From the NCBI RefSeq assembly GCF_021869535.1, contig NW_026262734.1:91326001-91390000 (forward strand): 64,000 nucleotides of DNA, written 5' to 3'. The notes beneath the pieces were generated by a model. The model did not search any database. It saw only the letters and a program-made list of their open reading frames with translations, and had not been told where the DNA came from. Each line of letters opens with the position of its first letter. Within the stretch, counting starts at the first letter, position 1. A program made the position numbers and the translations under genes. Below are positions 62,345 through 64,000 of this stretch, piece by piece. The stretch is from Mytilus californianus (lineage: Eukaryota).

Positions 62345-62820
62345 AATTGAGAATGGAAATCGGGAATGTGTCAAAGAGACAACAACCCGACCAAAGAGCA
62401 GAAAACAACTGAAGGCCACCAATGTGTCTTCAATACAGCGAGAAAATCCCGCACCCGGAGGAGTGCTTCAGCTGGCCCCTTAACAAAAATGTATACTAGT
62501 TCAATGATAATGGACGTCAAACTAAACTCCGAAATGTATAACAGAAACTTAAATTAAAAATCATACAAGACTAGCAAAGGCCAGAGGCTCCTGTATTGGG
62601 ACAGGCGCAAAAATGCGGCGGGGTTAAACGAGGTTTTGTGGGTTCTCAATCCTCCCCCTATACCTTTAGTCAATGTAGAAAAAACAAACACACAGCAATA
62701 CGCACAGTAAAACACAGTTCAAAAGAAGTCCGAGTCCTATGTCCGAATAGGTAACAAAAGAAACTAAACAAAATGACAAGGATACATAAACTTACAAAAG
62801 AATACTAGCAGTTACTGACA
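62345..62820 (+). repeat. Abundant dispersed short repeat (taaaattgagaatggaaa..gggaatgtgtcaaagagacaacaacccgacc family)
   Basis: Other copies lie at ~3878-3955, ~8305-8385, ~27970-28100 (reverse) and ~35225-35340. Confidence 0.85.
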
Positions 62821-64000
62821 TGCTAGCTCCAGACCTCAATTAAATTGTCTGAATCAACATCTTGAAATTTTCAAAGGTATATTCCATTTTCTTTAAAACG
62901 TGCCATAAACCGACATTTTACATGTAATAATAAAAAAGTTATGCTATGAAACATCTCATAATTTGAATCTATTTACCGAGGTCGGATAACTATCGGTCAG
63001 CACCGGCTAACACCACTGGGGGATTAATTGAACATTCTTCATTTCGCGCGCTTCAGATGGATGACAAACCTTGAAAGACATTTAACAGGCTTATATTTTT
63101 GAGCTGGCAGTTTGATCCGCTTGCTTGATATGTCAATTTCTGTTTACATTGATTGATGTTTGCTTATCGTCCAGTCGCAAATATTTCATGCATAATCAGG
63201 ACGAAAAGAAGAAAGCAACAGACCAGGAAAACCGATCGTATTGCCGGTGCAAAAATGTAATGTCGCTAAAGTTTTGTATCAATCTGTAGCTGACGCGAAA
63301 ATGCGTAGAACTGTCGACTTTCAATATAGGTCCCTGACACGCTTGAAATGGTATATATATATCTGTAATATACAAGAGGTCGGACAACTATTGGGGAGTG
63401 TTTGTTAAATCACTGGAGGATCAATTGACAGTTACAGTAACTCCTAACGACAAAACCATTATATTTATATTTTCCTGTGTACATTTTTTTTATTACAATA
63501 ACGCCAATTTGTCCCAGGAAAGAGTTGTCTTATTAATTCTCTTACTTCATTTATTACGACCTCGTGTATATTAAAGATATATATATATACTAGTTCAAGC
63601 TAGCCTAAGACATTTAAAACTTAATGTTAAATAAAGGTTAAAATGGACATTGTTAGCTTTCTATTGCCCCTGTATAGATGGCATTTTTGTAAACCGGAAA
63701 CCCTAATCTGTTACATGGACGACTAAGATAAGCGTAAACAGGAAATATTTTGGAATAATAATAATAAAAAAAGGCTCTAGCTTTTAAAAATATTGTCAAA
63801 ATTATAAAAAAAAATGAGAAAATTGCAAATAAAGGGCCATAGCTCTGAAACGAATTTTCCAATCAAACTGAACTTAAATTTCAACAGAGGCAGATCATAA
63901 TGTATTGATCTATTTTACTCTCTGCTAGATTTTGATATCTGTAGAAGTTTTTGAGTTATTTGAAAAAAGGTGCCATAACCCCACCTTAACTATATAATGA

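Larger units (their letters stand above)
60746..63985. mobile_element. Kolobok-like non-autonomous DNA transposon candidate: TTAA-flanked, GG..CC ends, ~240-bp imperfect TIRs
   Basis: TTAA at 60742-60745 and 63986-63989. 60746-60980 is a diverged reverse complement of 63770-63985 (gcaccttttt..caaataactcaaaaactt..ctagcagag..gagctatgg..aaaagctagagccttttt). Confidence 0.6.

Overview
AT-rich, repeat-dense eukaryotic genomic DNA. The repeat families look like those of a mytilid bivalve (inferred from recalled repeat motifs, not from a search). No intact protein-coding host gene is evident. Host-gene remnants are: (i) a ~4.4 kb tandem duplication (1-8759), each copy holding a disabled TRIM71-like NHL/beta-propeller segment; (ii) a disabled minus-strand exon of a bivalve-expanded uncharacterised family (21408-21997) and an orphan acidic exon (13801-13894); (iii) four coding exons of PGAM5 (27743-34970, +) with three 1-nt frameshifts, a nonsense codon and no detectable first coding exon. 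The right third is a cluster of mobile elements. It includes a near-complete Naiad-type Penelope-like element (N-terminal GIY-YIG, CxC linker, C-terminal RT) between ~255-bp pseudo-LTRs (50392-54632), further Naiad fragments, a different Penelope RT fragment, and the 3' half of an Ngaro/DIRS element (tyrosine recombinase plus an open SGNH-hydrolase ORF). Two long-TIR containers are also present (45245-48653; 60746-63985, TTAA-flanked). Other notable items are two minimal type-I hammerhead ribozyme copies with core mutations, an overlapping pair of perfect 26-bp and 46-bp inverted repeats at 18827-18945, and several MITEs and minisatellites. I found no clearly new biological system; the best leads are the Naiad in-frame UGA, the hammerheads and the Ngaro SGNH ORF.
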